A stretch of 63,097 nucleotides of DNA, filler included, from Saprolegnia diclina VS20 (Eukaryota): the NCBI RefSeq assembly GCF_000281045.1. It is 4 parts of 3 records of this genome, joined end to end, with 100 filler letters (N's around TTAATTAATTAA, not from the genome) between each part and the next. Parts side by side here need not be neighbours in the genome. Positions count along the whole stretch, not along the records: positions 36,377 to 49,112 come from NW_008246086.1; 3 more parts are not named here. One strand, written 5' to 3'. The position numbers and the translations under genes are program-made. Shown in pieces: positions 36,900 through 49,212 of this stretch (the stretch's first letter is position 1; the number at the start of each line of letters is the position of its first letter). Under the pieces are notes generated by a model that had not been told where the DNA came from, searched no databases, and saw nothing but the letters and a program-made list of their open reading frames with translations.

Positions 36900-38417
36900 T
36901 CATCCATGGGTCATTTGGTTGTCGTCATCCTCGTCGCCTTGCGGAGGATGGTACAGTCGCCACTTGGCGATGGAGGCCAAAGTACTTGCAAGCTCGGCAG
37001 GCGCCAAATCCAAGTGCTCGGAGAGTCCGCTCAGCGTCTCAGGAAAATGACTTGCCAAGTACGTCAAGGCGAAATCGGCGTCCGTAATGTTGTGTGCGAG
37101 CAGCGCGCTGGTGAGCTGCGCCTGGTGCGACTTTGTCGAGCTATGACACGTCTCGTTCTAAGCGTACGGAGACCCTGTCTAGAATGTAGAGACGCGAGAA
37201 GAGAGGTGTACCTTGGCCAATGGGATGCAAGGAACTTGAGGTTCTGACGTTGTGGGTTCGTGTTCGTCGTCGACCCACAATTGGTTCGAGTCTACGATTC
37301 AACGTACGTATATCGAAAAAGGCTCGTAACATCAATGCGTACTTTGGATGCGTCGCAAGTATGCGTGCAGCTCGTTGGCGGTGTCCAAGCTGCCCTGTCG
37401 AGCAACGTCGAGGGCTGAGCACCCCTACCCCGCATAGTGTATAAGCTACAAACCAAAAAGTCGACGCACCGCGTAATCCAGAGCAAAGAGGTTGCAGCCG
37501 TGATCGCCAAGCCACATGGTAGTCTGGACGTTGCAGCGGCGCGCGGCCAGATGCGCGGGCGTTTGCCCCTACGTTCCAGTCAGTGTTGCACCTCGTCGAG
37601 TTGGACGAACTTTGAGATCGACCGCATTCATATCGAGATCATGGTCGTCGCACCACGCTAGCACTGCCACGTTGCCGGCCGCCGCCGCAATGTGAACTAG
37701 CGTTTGGCCCTAGTGCGCAGTGCTCGTTGGGTCACGAGGGCTCGACGTGTACCTTGTCGTTGCGTGCTTTTAGAGGCGCGTTGGCGTCGGCGAGCCACTG
37801 CATTGTGGCGGCAGAGCCTTTGCTCGCTGCGTAGTGTACAACGCCATTGCCCTACACGTTAAATGGTCTCGGTGCCGCCAATGACGCAATGGCACGTGGC
37901 TCGTACGCGCTTGTCGCAGTGCAGGAGCAACGAGGGGTCCTTCTTGGCCAGCCACGCAAGCAGCGCAACGTGCCCGCCATGAGCAGCGTAGTGCATCACC
38001 GAGTGATGCTAGAGACAGACACGCGAGTCATAGAATGGTGCAATCACAAGCCGTATCTACCTCGTGGTTGCGCAGATGAAGGCTGACGTTGCGCATCTCG
38101 AGCCACTGCAGGGTGGCCAGGTGCCCGTGCAACGCCGCTTCATGGGCCGCCGAATTCCCGAGCTTGTTTTGCACGCTAACGTCAAGGCCTCGCCGCCAAA
38201 GCCAGCGCAAGAGAAAGACGCGGCCGGCGCGGGCGCTCACGTGGGCATGCGTGTCGCCCTAGTGCCAGAAAACGGTTGGAATGCACAAGGGTCAAGTACA
38301 ACGGAGTACCGAAACCGGGTCGATGGCCGTGATAAACGCAGCGCCGTGAGCGTCGTACAGCGCCTCCATCGCTGCGAGGTCGGCCGACGCGGTTGCTGCA
38401 AGGTGCGCACTCGTCAT
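36900..38417 (-). CDS. Ankyrin-repeat protein with about nine short exons (largely absent from the ORF track)
   Basis: Exons begin GDTHAHVSA, HHSVMHYAA, GNGVVHYAA, GQTLVHIAA, GQTPAHLAA and GCSALDVA, separated by GT-AG introns; last exons less certain. Confidence 0.75.
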
Positions 38418-38713
38418 GGCGCAAACTCAGATGGGAAAGGCCGTAATTTTGGCCCGCGTAAAGGTGAAACGGCTGGCTTTTGACAGGCTAAAAACACGCC
38501 ACCTCATGTTGTTGTGTCGTGCGCCTCCCACAGCCGTCGCGTAGCATCTATGATGCAATCGGACGTCGTTCATCGTACCTAGTAGACCAACCCGCCCTGA
38601 CAGCGCGTTCTAGTCCCTTTGTACGCTTGTTGTGGAGCCGCCAATGGATTGCAGCAGTTACTGCTGCGGTCGGGTGGCGTGATATTAGCCACACCCGTTT
38701 CAGCGCACCGACC

Positions 38714-39433
38714 ATGGCCAAGGCCAAGGGCGCCGTCGTCGCCGCCAAGTTTGAGATCCCCGATGTCGATGTCAACCCGTTCAAGCTCGCGGCCGTAGGG
38801 AACCTCCAGATCCTCCGGACGCTCGTCGAGCCGCCCGAGGGCGGGAACATCAAGCCCATCGACGTCAACGCCAAAGACGCGTACGGCTGCAGTGTGCTTG
38901 TCTGGGCCGCTCGGAACGGCTACTACGACGTCTTTGAGTACCTCTTGGGTCATGGCGCCGAGATCGAGTCGGTCTCGTTTGGTGGTATGACGGCCCTCCA
39001 CCACGCGGTCAACCACTGCCGGCTCAACGTCGTCACCAAGCTCCTCGAGCTCGGCGCGTCGGTCGATGCAAAAGACGACGGGGGCAACACACCGCTGCAC
39101 CTCGCGGCCGGACGCGGCATCCTCAACCCCGTCGTGTCGCTCCTCAGTGCCGGCGCCAACGTGAACGAGGTCAACCTCCAAGGCGTAACGCCGCTCCACA
39201 AGGCTGTGAGCGGCGGCCATGGGCCGTGCGTGGAGAAGCTCCTCGAGGCGCGCGCAGAGCCCAATATTGCCAACGCCGAAGGCAACACGAGCGTGCACTT
39301 GGCGGCGCGCGGTGGGTTTGACGCGCTCGTGTTGCTCCTCTTGGAGGCGAAAGGCAGTGCCAACCTCAAAAACAAGGCCGGGAAGATCCCAAAGGACGTT
39401 GCGCTTACGCCCGAGATCGCCAAGCGCTTGTAA
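38714..39433 (+). CDS. Ankyrin-repeat protein, intronless, 239 aa
   Basis: GCSVLVWAA, GMTALHHA, GNTPLHLAA, GVTPLHKA, GNTSVHLAA. Confidence 0.92.
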   Translation: MAKAKGAVVAAKFEIPDVDVNPFKLAAVGNLQILRTLVEPPEGGNIKPIDVNAKDAYGCSVLVWAARNGYYDVFEYLLGHGAEIESVSFGGMTALHHAVNHCRLNVVTKLLELGASVDAKDDGGNTPLHLAAGRGILNPVVSLLSAGANVNEVNLQGVTPLHKAVSGGHGPCVEKLLEARAEPNIANAEGNTSVHLAARGGFDALVLLLLEAKGSANLKNKAGKIPKDVALTPEIAKRL

Positions 39434-39454
39434 GTCGTGTCGCTATCAACCTCT

Positions 39455-39865
39455 CTATTTCTTCTTCTTGTTGTACTCGTAAAAAAAGGTGGGAAGGCTC
39501 TTGTAGGCCTTGAACTCGTCGTCGTCGCCGTCTAGAAAGCACATGTGCGTACGACGTGCACGCGAGATGATGGTACCGGCAGCTGGTGCATTGGAGAAGC
39601 GAGAGCGGCCTTCGTAGAGCGCGCTAACCTCCTTGCCGTAGCTATGGAAGCGTCATGGGATGGCGAGATGGGGCGTTGTCGTACCGGTCCCACGTCAGCC
39701 AGATGAGGAAGCTCAGGAAGAGGAAGAGCACGCTGAGCCCAGCGATGAGCTTGGCCTGCATCGACATGCCATCTACCGAGGCCATAGGTGCATGCTACGC
39801 GAGGCCATCGTCGCACCGAGGAGGTTGTTCTGGAGCTTGTACAGGCGGCTCGCCTCGGATGCCAT
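39455..39865 (-). CDS. Small single-TM protein, 92 aa, four exons
   Basis: Exons 39865-39817, 39772-39685, 39641-39577 and 39531-39455 total 279 nt; three 43-45 nt GT-AG introns; TM segment LIAGLSVLFLFLSFLIWLTW. Confidence 0.72.
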
Positions 39866-41032
39866 CGCTGCCAGTTTACGGTCCGGATAGTCCGGATAAT
39901 TGAGGTGGCGAATGAGCCAATGGGAACACTGGCCGTTTCCCGCTCTGGTCTCCATTGCAAAGACAACTGAAGCACTCTACTCTATACGTCTCCAGGTATC
40001 CAAGCTACTACAGGAGGGACAATATTAATGCTTGGCATAGTCTGCGAGGATTACGCCGTGTGCAAGCGGCAGCGAGACGACGTGGAGCCTGCAGCGTGGC
40101 AGGGTTCAACGCTCGCGATATGCGCTTTGAAGTGCAGAGACGACAAGAGCAATGTTGCGTGGACGTGTCTCCATGCTGCAGCTTTCTACCTAACGTTACT
40201 AGTACCGGTACGACTGCACGCGTGGAAGCAGTGCACTCGTACTAGTAGCTTGGAGACACACTGGTGGCGGAGCTTGTCTATCGCGCTGCGTAGTTAGTTT
40301 TCGTAATCAATCGCATTTGATTGGCGAAGAAACCGTCACGGCGGCCCTTTTTCTGCGTCACCGTCAGCGCAGTCTCCACTCCGTCCCAAACCCGTTGATC
40401 AGGGATTGAGGTCGACAGCTTGCACTCGGCGTCGGCCCAACTAGGACTAGACTGGTTTATCGACTTTAGAGATGTAATAGACGTATGGTAGGCGATTTGT
40501 TCGTGCACGATGTGGCCTGGCCGCTATCGAATTCAGCCCAGAGTGGTCCAAGACCACAGTGGCGAGCTATAGGAAGACCCGCGTTCAGAAAAGAAGCAAA
40601 GACCGGGGTCATCATCTCGCTGCCTTTTCTCGATCAGACGTGCTTGATGCATTCGTCTGAGGCTATAATATCGACGCTCGCGCTTGCCTCTGTCCGTTGA
40701 CGTACCAGCATTGTGTTGAGAGCAATGGCTTCGAGACAGTATAGAGAATATGATGCATATTGAGCCATTTCAAAGAAATCCCCGACAACATCCGGATGCT
40801 GTATCCGTATAAGAAACGCCGTCGTATTGCATTCTCCGTGTATAATAATATAGTGGTATGTCGCGTATTGTAATGCGCGGATCCAAATCAAACAAGGATG
40901 AAGTATGGGACATACTCTATTTATTTAAATACGGTCGGAGACGCAATAGCAACATCCTTTAAAACACGACTTTTCAGTAAAGTTGCGTTTCCGCACCTCG
41001 GTAAGTTGCGCTCTCAGTTTGCCGCAAGCAGC

Positions 41033-44000
41033 ATGCCCGACATCATCGAGTTCGCGCTCGGGACGATCCTCGGCAACATGAGCACGGCCGTGGTGCTGGC
41101 GCTAGTCTACTTCAACTTCCTCCTCTTCGAAGACTACTTCCGCGTCATCATCTGGAGCATCCTCTTCAGCCAGGCGCTGCGCGGTGCCAAGGAGAACGTC
41201 TGCCGCATGCTCGCCTATCTGAGCCACGCTTCCGAGATCCAACGCGACGTACTGTCGATGGTTCGCCTTGCCTCGCCGCTCATGCAATGGTGTTAGGGCC
41301 TTCTCTACTCGGTCGTGACGCAGCTGTGGCCGTACCTCATGCGGTCGTCGGGGCCAACGGACCTGGCGCACAAGAAGCGCCGCATGCAAGAGTTCATTCT
41401 GGACAATGGCATCTTTATCTTTGCGATGATCGGCGCCGTCTCGATCTACGTGCGCATGTTTAGCTGGCTCTCGTTCGTGCAGCTTGCGATCGCGCTCCTG
41501 CTCGTCGTCGTCGCGTTCGTGTGGGTCGCGGACCAGCGCATATTCCATTACCGCATCTTTGTCTCGGACCAAGTCCTCGTCTCGACGCTGCTGCTCTTGG
41601 GCTGCTGCACGATCGTACGTTTGTGTTGCTGCTCTGGGAAGCTCATTTCGAGTCGGTCTAGGGCGTCTTTGTGCTCGTGTTTCTCGGTACCGAAAGCTAC
41701 ATGGAGGGCTCCCGCGCCGCCATGCACTTTACGAGCTGGGTCCATACCAACGTCATCAACGACGAGCGCACGCGCAAGATGTGGGGCGACCAAGTCCACA
41801 ACGGCAAGGCCATGGTGGCGTCGGGCCTGCGCGAGATTGAGGGCCAGTACAACTCGACCATGTGGTTTGGCCCGCTCAAAGCACTTGTGCTATCGTACTA
41901 TGACGCGAGCGACGGGGCTGTCCCCGTGGTTTCGGACCCGATCCTCAATGCGACGACTGTCGCGACGATGCTCGACATTCCGACCAACATGACGTGGACA
42001 TCGGTATATGATGGCCTTTCTTCGGCATATGGTCTAGTTTGTGAAGACTAATACCGTGGTGTAGGTGTTTACCCTCGCGTACGCGCAGTTTAACCTCACC
42101 TCGACCGACGTGACGGACTGGACGAGCAAAGGCCTCGAGATCTCGTCCATGGCGTTTGGCTCGGTGTTTCAGATTGTGTTTTTCGTGCTCACGTTTGTGA
42201 TTGCGTTTATCAGCATTGGCATCAAGGCCGTCTTCTTTGTCACGTCGCTCTTCTACCTCCTCTGCACCAAGTGGGATCCCATCGAACGCGTACGTAGCTG
42301 TCTTTTCAGTAATTTTCAGGCGATTTTTCATGTATTTTGGCTAGTTTGTCTACGATCTGATGCCGATTGCGCCCGAGAAACGCCCGGCGCTCGTCAACTC
42401 GCTCCGACGCTCGATCGAAGGCGTGTTTTCTCTGCCAATGAAGATTTCCAGTCTCCACGCCATTGTGACACTGGTCTCGCTGAGCATGATGGTACCGTTC
42501 GATCTGCTGTTCATTTTTGACAAAAATACTTGACATATTGATACAAATGGTGTCTAGGCCAATGATTTCGTCTACCTCGGGACCTTTATCACGTTTTTCA
42601 TCTCGATCGTGCCCATCATCCCCGCGTACCTCGTGTGTATTCCATGGGTGCTGGCGCTTTGGTCGTCGACGTCGATCGTCAAGGCGCTGCTGCTGTTTGT
42701 GATTCATTACGTGGCGTTTTCGTGGATCGACCAAGTGCTCTACGAGAAGAGCTTGACGTCTATCAACGCGTACGTCTCGGCACTCAGCGTCGTCTTTGGC
42801 GTCTACGTGTTTGGCCTTGAGGTTGGTCTTATAGCTCATCTCGAAAACCTCATCCTTGTGCTTGGTGTAGGGCGTCGTCTTTGGTCCGCTCTTGGTGTGC
42901 GGTGTCAACTGGGCGTACGAAGTCTCCAACCACGGCATCCAAGCCGCGTCCATGGACGAAGCGGAAAAAGCCGATCGCCGTGATGGTGCGACAAGCTTGT
43001 TCTGTGCTACATCTCACGCATATTTTACGATAGAACGACCCTCGACGCAGGGCAACATCTTTTCGAATGCGTACCGCGCCATCTCCGGTGGCCTCGGTGA
43101 CAATCTCTCTCGGCGCTTTTCGTTTGATGCTACGTCGCCCGCGACCGTGTGCGTGACGCTGCAAGTGCACGCGCTCCCGTCTTCGCCGCTGGCGGCGTCG
43201 GCGCCGAGCCGCGACGCACCGCTCGTTCGGTTTATTGCGTCAAAAGACTGGACGTACGAAGAGCTACTGACACATTTGCGCCACACGCTCAAAGTCTACA
43301 GTGTCTGCGGGCTCTACGCAATCAACAGCAACGCCCAAGTGCTGTCTGCAGCCCATCTCTTCCCAAACGAGACGCTCCGTGTCGAGGTCGAGACGGAGCC
43401 GCGCGCGGAACCCGACACCCGCGTCCCCCGGCCACCAGTGTACCTCAAGCGCAACAAGTCCAAGACGCTGGTCAAGAAGACGCCCGTGAAAATGGCCGTT
43501 GCGATTTCGCCGTCCAAGCAGCACTTGCGCCGGTCGTCGTGCTCGAATTGCGTTGGCGATTCCGAGTCGGATGTCCTTGTGTCCCCGCGCCGCAGCGTCC
43601 CGAGCCTCTTTGGTGCTCCGATCTCGGACGTGGTGCCGCCCACGGCCCGGTTCCGGGACCTCTCGTCGTTCCAGGCAGCAGCCGGCGATTGCTTTCGGCA
43701 GTCGATCTTGCAGCTGCGCAGCCAGAGCTCGTCGTCGGCGTCCGACACGATGACCAGCGACAACTCGCCGACCAAAGAGGCGTCCACGGACGCAGGCGCC
43801 AAGGCAGCGGAAACGGTGTCCGAGACCTCGATGCAGTCGTCGGTGCAGACGACGGAAACACTGTTGATGGGCCTGCCAACGGCGGTGCCAGTCGTCGTAC
43901 GGCCCGAGAGCGACACGAAGCGTCCGCGCAGCTTTGACGCAGCAACGCCCGACCGAACCGTGCTCGTGAGTGGCCGAGGCATCCAGCGCCAAGGGGAGAC

Positions 44001-44151
44001 GCAAGATCAGACGCGCCCGTCGCTCGAAGCCAGCGCAGTGATTGAGCGATCAACGAGTCGGCGTCGCCACGGCCCGCGGCGGTCGCAATCGGTGCCCGAG
44101 TTCGAGGTCAAGCCGCCAGGTCTCTGGAAACGCATGATTGGAAAGAAATAA
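41033..44151 (+). CDS. TMEM245: TMEM245-like (AI-2E family) multi-pass membrane protein, multi-exon, long C-terminal tail
   Basis: LLFEDYFRVIIWSILFSQAL near the start; PIIPAYLVCIPW and SALSVVFGVYVFGLE|GVVFGPLL near the end of the TM region. Confidence 0.7.
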
Positions 44152-44342
44152 TAGTACTATAGTATTTGCTACCTTTTCTTTAAATCTAATTCTAGTCTCG
44201 GTACTCGAACGCTCGTATCCTTGCCAAACTCTTGTCGCCGTTGCCGATCGTAGGGCTTGGGCACTCGGGTTAGGGTTAGGTGTCGGACTGCCAGGTAAGA
44301 ATGTACTATTCGTGCGTAGCCGCTTAACGAGGTCGAGACACC

Positions 44343-44660
44343 TTACGCCACCATGGGCTGTGGTGCCGACTGAAGCGGCATGGTGAGCTTTGGCACATGT
44401 TGGCATGCTTGGCGAACTGCGATACGTTGATCGGGTCGATGGCAAGGCCCTTGAGGTAGAGCGAGTGGGCTTCGACGTCGGTACCGCAGTCCTCGGCGAC
44501 TTTGGACCTTGGCCATGTAAAGGTTGAAGGCGCCATCAACATCGCCACTCTCGTCTAGCAACAAGGCGAGCATGATCTGCGCAGCGCACGGTGCCACGAG
44601 CTCTTCCAGGTCATAGCCTCGGGCGCGCACAACGCACCCATGGGCTTGGAATAAGAGACG
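44343..44660 (-). pseudogene. Possible degenerate TPR-like fragment
   Basis: LALLLDESGDVDGAFNLY and, in another frame, EAHSLYLKGLAIDPINV resemble TPR helices. Confidence 0.3.
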
Positions 44661-44731
44661 CAAGGAGTGTAGACAAATATCACGATCAACGAGATTAGAG
44701 ATTAGACGTTAAGAATATGCTAATTTCGAAG

Positions 44732-46793
44732 TTACTCCCAGAGGTAGCACTTGTTGGTCGGGTTCATCTTGGAGTTGAGAGGGCAGTTGAACGTCTTGGC
44801 GAACGCGTCGTTGTTCTGGACGGCGCCGTAGATGCGGAACTTGCTGGGGGGATGCTCGTCTTCGAGCAGTATTTTGAGGTACGCGTCCGAGTTTTTCGAG
44901 CACCAGTTCTGCGCAAACGAGAGGAAGAAGACCTTGTCGCCAACCTCCTTGGTGTACACCGAGGGCGAGACCGTCTCCGTGTAGTTGTGGAAGGCGCGGA
45001 ACGCTGTCTTGAGGCCGCCGTTGTCGGCAATCGTCTCGCCGAGCGTCAAGCGGCCGTTCACGTTGCCGAGCGAGCTGCCGGACGTTTCGCTGCGCACGTC
45101 AAAGGCGCTGTACTGGTCCATGATGCACTTGGCCTTCTTGTTGAACGCAAGCGACGTCTCGTCGCTCCACCATTCGGCCACGTTGCCGTCGCCGTCGTAC
45201 TTGCGGCCCGAGTTGTCGAAACCGTGCGTGATCTCGTGGCCAATGACCATGCCGATGCCGCCAAAGTTACGCGCGGGGTCAAACTTGCCCGAGAAGAAAG
45301 GCGACTGGAGAATGCCAGCGGGAAACGTGATCGAGTTGACGGAAGGGTTGTAATACGCGTTGACCTCGGCCGCGGGCGAGCCCCACTTGGTGCGGTCGAC
45401 CTTGGTGCCAATGAGCTTCAAGTTGGCGTCGGTCTCGAACGTCGTGATCTTGTTGATGTTGGCAATGTACTCGGTCGCGCTCAAGCTCAAACTCGGGTAC
45501 GTCTGCGGCGACGTTGGCGCACCAATCAAATGCACAAATTTCGAGAGCTTCGAGGTCGCCTTGTCGCGCGTCTCGTCGTCGAGCCACGACGCGGTCACAA
45601 TGCCTTGCTGGAACGACGTCTGGAGCGCCTGGACCAGCTCCTCGGCGCGGGCGGCCGAGTTGGCGTCGAACGTCGCCTTGACAAAGTAGTCGGACACAAG
45701 GTCGCCGAGCTTCTCTTGGATGTCGGCCGTGCACTTCTTCTCGCGGCTCTGCTCGACGCTTTCACCACCAATGAGCTTGCCAAAAAGCTTCCAGCGCGCG
45801 GTCCCAAAGGCTGGTGCGAGCGACGGCGCATAGGTGTGGAGGACCTTGAACTCGAAGATCGTCTTGAGCGCCGAGAGCGACTGGCGGCCGACGAGCGCCT
45901 CGACACGGTCAAAGAAGTCGAGGTCGTTGAGAACGATTTTTTGGTCCTTGCAGCTCGTGATGGGAAAGCCGTAGGCCTGGAGTTGCGCGCCGACCGTGAG
46001 CGGGTACTTGGCCGCCGCATCACAATACGTGAGCGCGTTGTAGTTGGCCGTCGTGGCCTCGAGCATCTCAAGCTTCGAGAGCTGGACACCAGCAAGCTGG
46101 AGCTCAAAGTCGATGATCGTCTTGGCCGCAGCCGTGGCCTGGGCCGCTGTCTTGCCCGCAAGTGTAAAGACCGACGTGATGTACTGCTTGTACGCGGGCT
46201 GGACCACGCGCCATTCCTGCGGGTTGACGTACAGCTGACGCGTCAGCGTCGACGGCGCTTGGGCCGAGTAGAGCACGTTGGCCGTCGCATCTTGCGAATC
46301 CGGGGCCACCTACATGACAACAGCATAAGGTTTGATGCGATGGGAATAGACAATGTCGTACCTCAGGCTGGGTGAAGGCATAGACACCCTTCTTGCTCAG
46401 GTTGGCCGCAACTTGGAGCAAGCCAGCCACCGAAGTGGCCGTCTTGATGCTCTGGAGGTCATCCGAGATGGGCGCGAGGCCCTTGGTCGTCAGCGTCCGC
46501 GTGTCGAGGCACGACTTGTAGTACTCCGACACCTTGGGGTAGCCCGCGCCGAGGATCTGGCGAATGACCGCGTCATTCTTGTCGCCAAGGACGCTGAATG
46601 ACGTGTCGATCTTGGCTCGGTCCGCCGGAATTACGGCTTGCTTGTACCACCCACCGCACGCGTACTGATAAAAGTCATCGCACGGGTTCGCGTTCGTGTC
46701 CATGAGCGCGCGCATGTCGGCGGGGATCTCGTTGACGGTGCCGGCAATGGCGACAGCGGCCAAAACGCTGGCGGAGGCGATGATCTTGACCAT
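44732..46793 (-). CDS. Secreted M13 metallopeptidase (neprilysin/endothelin-converting enzyme-like)
   Basis: Signal peptide; PCDDFYQYACGGW; VNAYY; HEITH; GETIADNGG; intron 46361-46310. Confidence 0.95.
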
Positions 46794-49112
46794 GGGAAGT
46801 AAATTGAGTTGTGTTGAATGTGGGCCAAGGTTGCCGTGCACGAAAATCGCCAACACAACCAACGTCCAGCCCCTTCCCCGCCATCAGGTACTCAACAAAT
46901 GATGCATAGCTAAACACGATCATGGGCTTTATTATTGACCCATGACTCGATGCGCGTGGATAATCTGAGTACCAGCGTGCATGCCCTGGTCGTTGAATAG
47001 GGTTTGCGTTGACAAGCGTCGCGACATGCCGATTGGTCCGTACCGAGTCGTAGCATTTGGCGAAACGAGAGGTCCATGACTGGGTCCATGAACTTGAAGC
47101 GTTGAAAAGCTGCGCCGGCTGGACGCTCGACGCAACACGTTGCGCTCTTGCACGCTGTGATTGGTCATGTCAGTGAGCACTGATTATCAGACGTCTGAGA
47201 ATGTTCCTGAGACCTTGGTCACGCAGTCATTGGACCCGATCGGTATTGTGATACTAGTATAGGGACATAGCGCCGTGCCACGAGGTCCAAGGACGAGCCA
47301 ATTAAACGTGTGGCTGCGAAAACTCGGTGCTTCATTCACACGCACCACTTGAGTGCAAGGCCATAAGCATAGCATCACAGCGACACTTCCACCTGTTATC
47401 AGACGCCCAGAATCGGTGCGTCTGATAATAACACTATTTGCGCGTACGGGCCGTGACGCCATGGCGCCGGTGCGAAATGGCGTGCATTTACACGTACAGT
47501 GCTTGAGCAACCGCGTGGCGACAACTTGATACAAGATACTTGTTATTGTGAGGCCCGAAACTGACGTTTGGTTTCAGTCCGTTTCAAAAATTGCAGTTAC
47601 TTTGGGGGCAAAATGAGATGACTGACAACCACCCGCCGTAGTGGACTTCCGCCACCAAGCTCTTGAAGCAACCCATCGACACCAATGCCACGCGTGGCCG
47701 AGTACAGTAGACACCAAAAACCGCTTTTCTCAACTCTTGTTAGGAAGGAGCAACGACCACAAGAACTGACACTATTGTTAGCAAATACTAGGCTTGGAGA
47801 AGCACAATGCCTGTACGTTTGACAATTGAGGAGTGTCGTCGTGCATGCAAACATGTCAGAGCGGGGGCTTCCATAGATCATCTCTACCAGTATGCCACAG
47901 GATTTGCGCAGCTCCTCTAAGTGCACAGTACCCATAGGCGGTGGCCACAGCGGCGAGCTGACTGTTGGGACCTCGTGGCAAGAAGCTCGTGTCGGTGGCC
48001 TTCCAACCCCAACGGCACAACACTGACTGCGCAGTTACCGTTTCCAAGGTGTGGAAGAAGTTTCCCACACAAGGCCGAGCGATCTAGAAGTCCAAATGTA
48101 GAAGCATACTAGTACTACACGTTACAAGATCCAAGATCGAGGGGTAGAGCAAGCGAGCTCAAGCAACGTTAGTCGACTAACCCGCCTCGCCCACCATGGC
48201 ATGGCGGACACCAACGCGGTTGTTGCCACATGCATCAAGACGGCCCGGTCATATTGATGGCAACAAGCTACGTGACTGAGGCAATGAGTGTCATAACTAG
48301 CGAGTGCATGTCGGTTGGCAAGTATTCGTGTCGAAATGAAAAACTCAAGGCCGAAGCGCCTCGTTCGAGACATTTTCCCAATCAATGGGACTGCATATAT
48401 TCAGACGACAAAATACGCTCAAACTGAACGACAATAGGCTTTTTAACACAAGAATTCATGATGCCTTGACTGACTATGGGGCGGCGAGGCGGACCAAAAC
48501 GAACTGCAGCAGGTAGACGCCCGTCGTTGAAACGCCGAAAAAGCATGCATGCCACGATGCTGTCGCCAACTTATTGCTCGTACTTTTTATCTTCTACATC
48601 GACGAGGTGTGTGATTTCGTGCAATCTTTGGCTGGGCATTGGGAAGCCTTCCGTGCGTTGCCAGAGAGAGTCGATTCGAAGGGCCGCCACGTGGGCTTTG
48701 AATTCGACTTGTACGAAAGCCCAATGCTCGACACCAACGATTCTTTTCAAACATGACATATAGCAGTACATGGATGCGTGAGGTACGATTTCAAGCAGTG
48801 GAAGAAGGGTTTTGCGCCAAAGAGCCGAGCGAAGCGAAGAACAACAGAAGACAGGACGAACAGAAGAAGAAGGAAGGATAGAAGATTCGTAGGAGCGGGC
48901 TACATAGCCCCGGTAGCAGTACCATTCTGCATTTTACGAAGTAAAACGCCCCCCGCTACGCCACTCCCAACATGGCTGGCGGGCGCCAAGATACTCTTGT
49001 TTGCCCCCACTCAGCGTGCTCGGCGTTCGACAAGCGAAAAGGGTAATTTGGGACGACACTCGCGGGCTATGTGCATTGTTGTTGCAAATGTTTTTCCTAC
49101 GACCAAGTGCTA

Positions 49113-49212
49113 NNNNNNNNNNNNNNNNNNNNNNNNNNNNNNNNNNNNNNNNNNNNTTAATTAATTAANNNNNNNNNNNNNNNNNNNNNNNNNNNNNNNN
49201 NNNNNNNNNNNN
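49113..49212. other. Artificial contig spacer
   Basis: N44-TTAATTAATTAA-N44. Confidence 0.97.

Noticed and set aside
44268..44281. TTAGGG-like telomeric repeat
   Set aside because: Only about two units; expected by chance
44717..46375. 552-aa plus-strand ORF
   Set aside because: Antisense shadow of the M13 peptidase caused by codon bias
48476..48771. Short protein-like ORFs near the contig end
   Set aside because: May be a decayed gene, but no supportable identity
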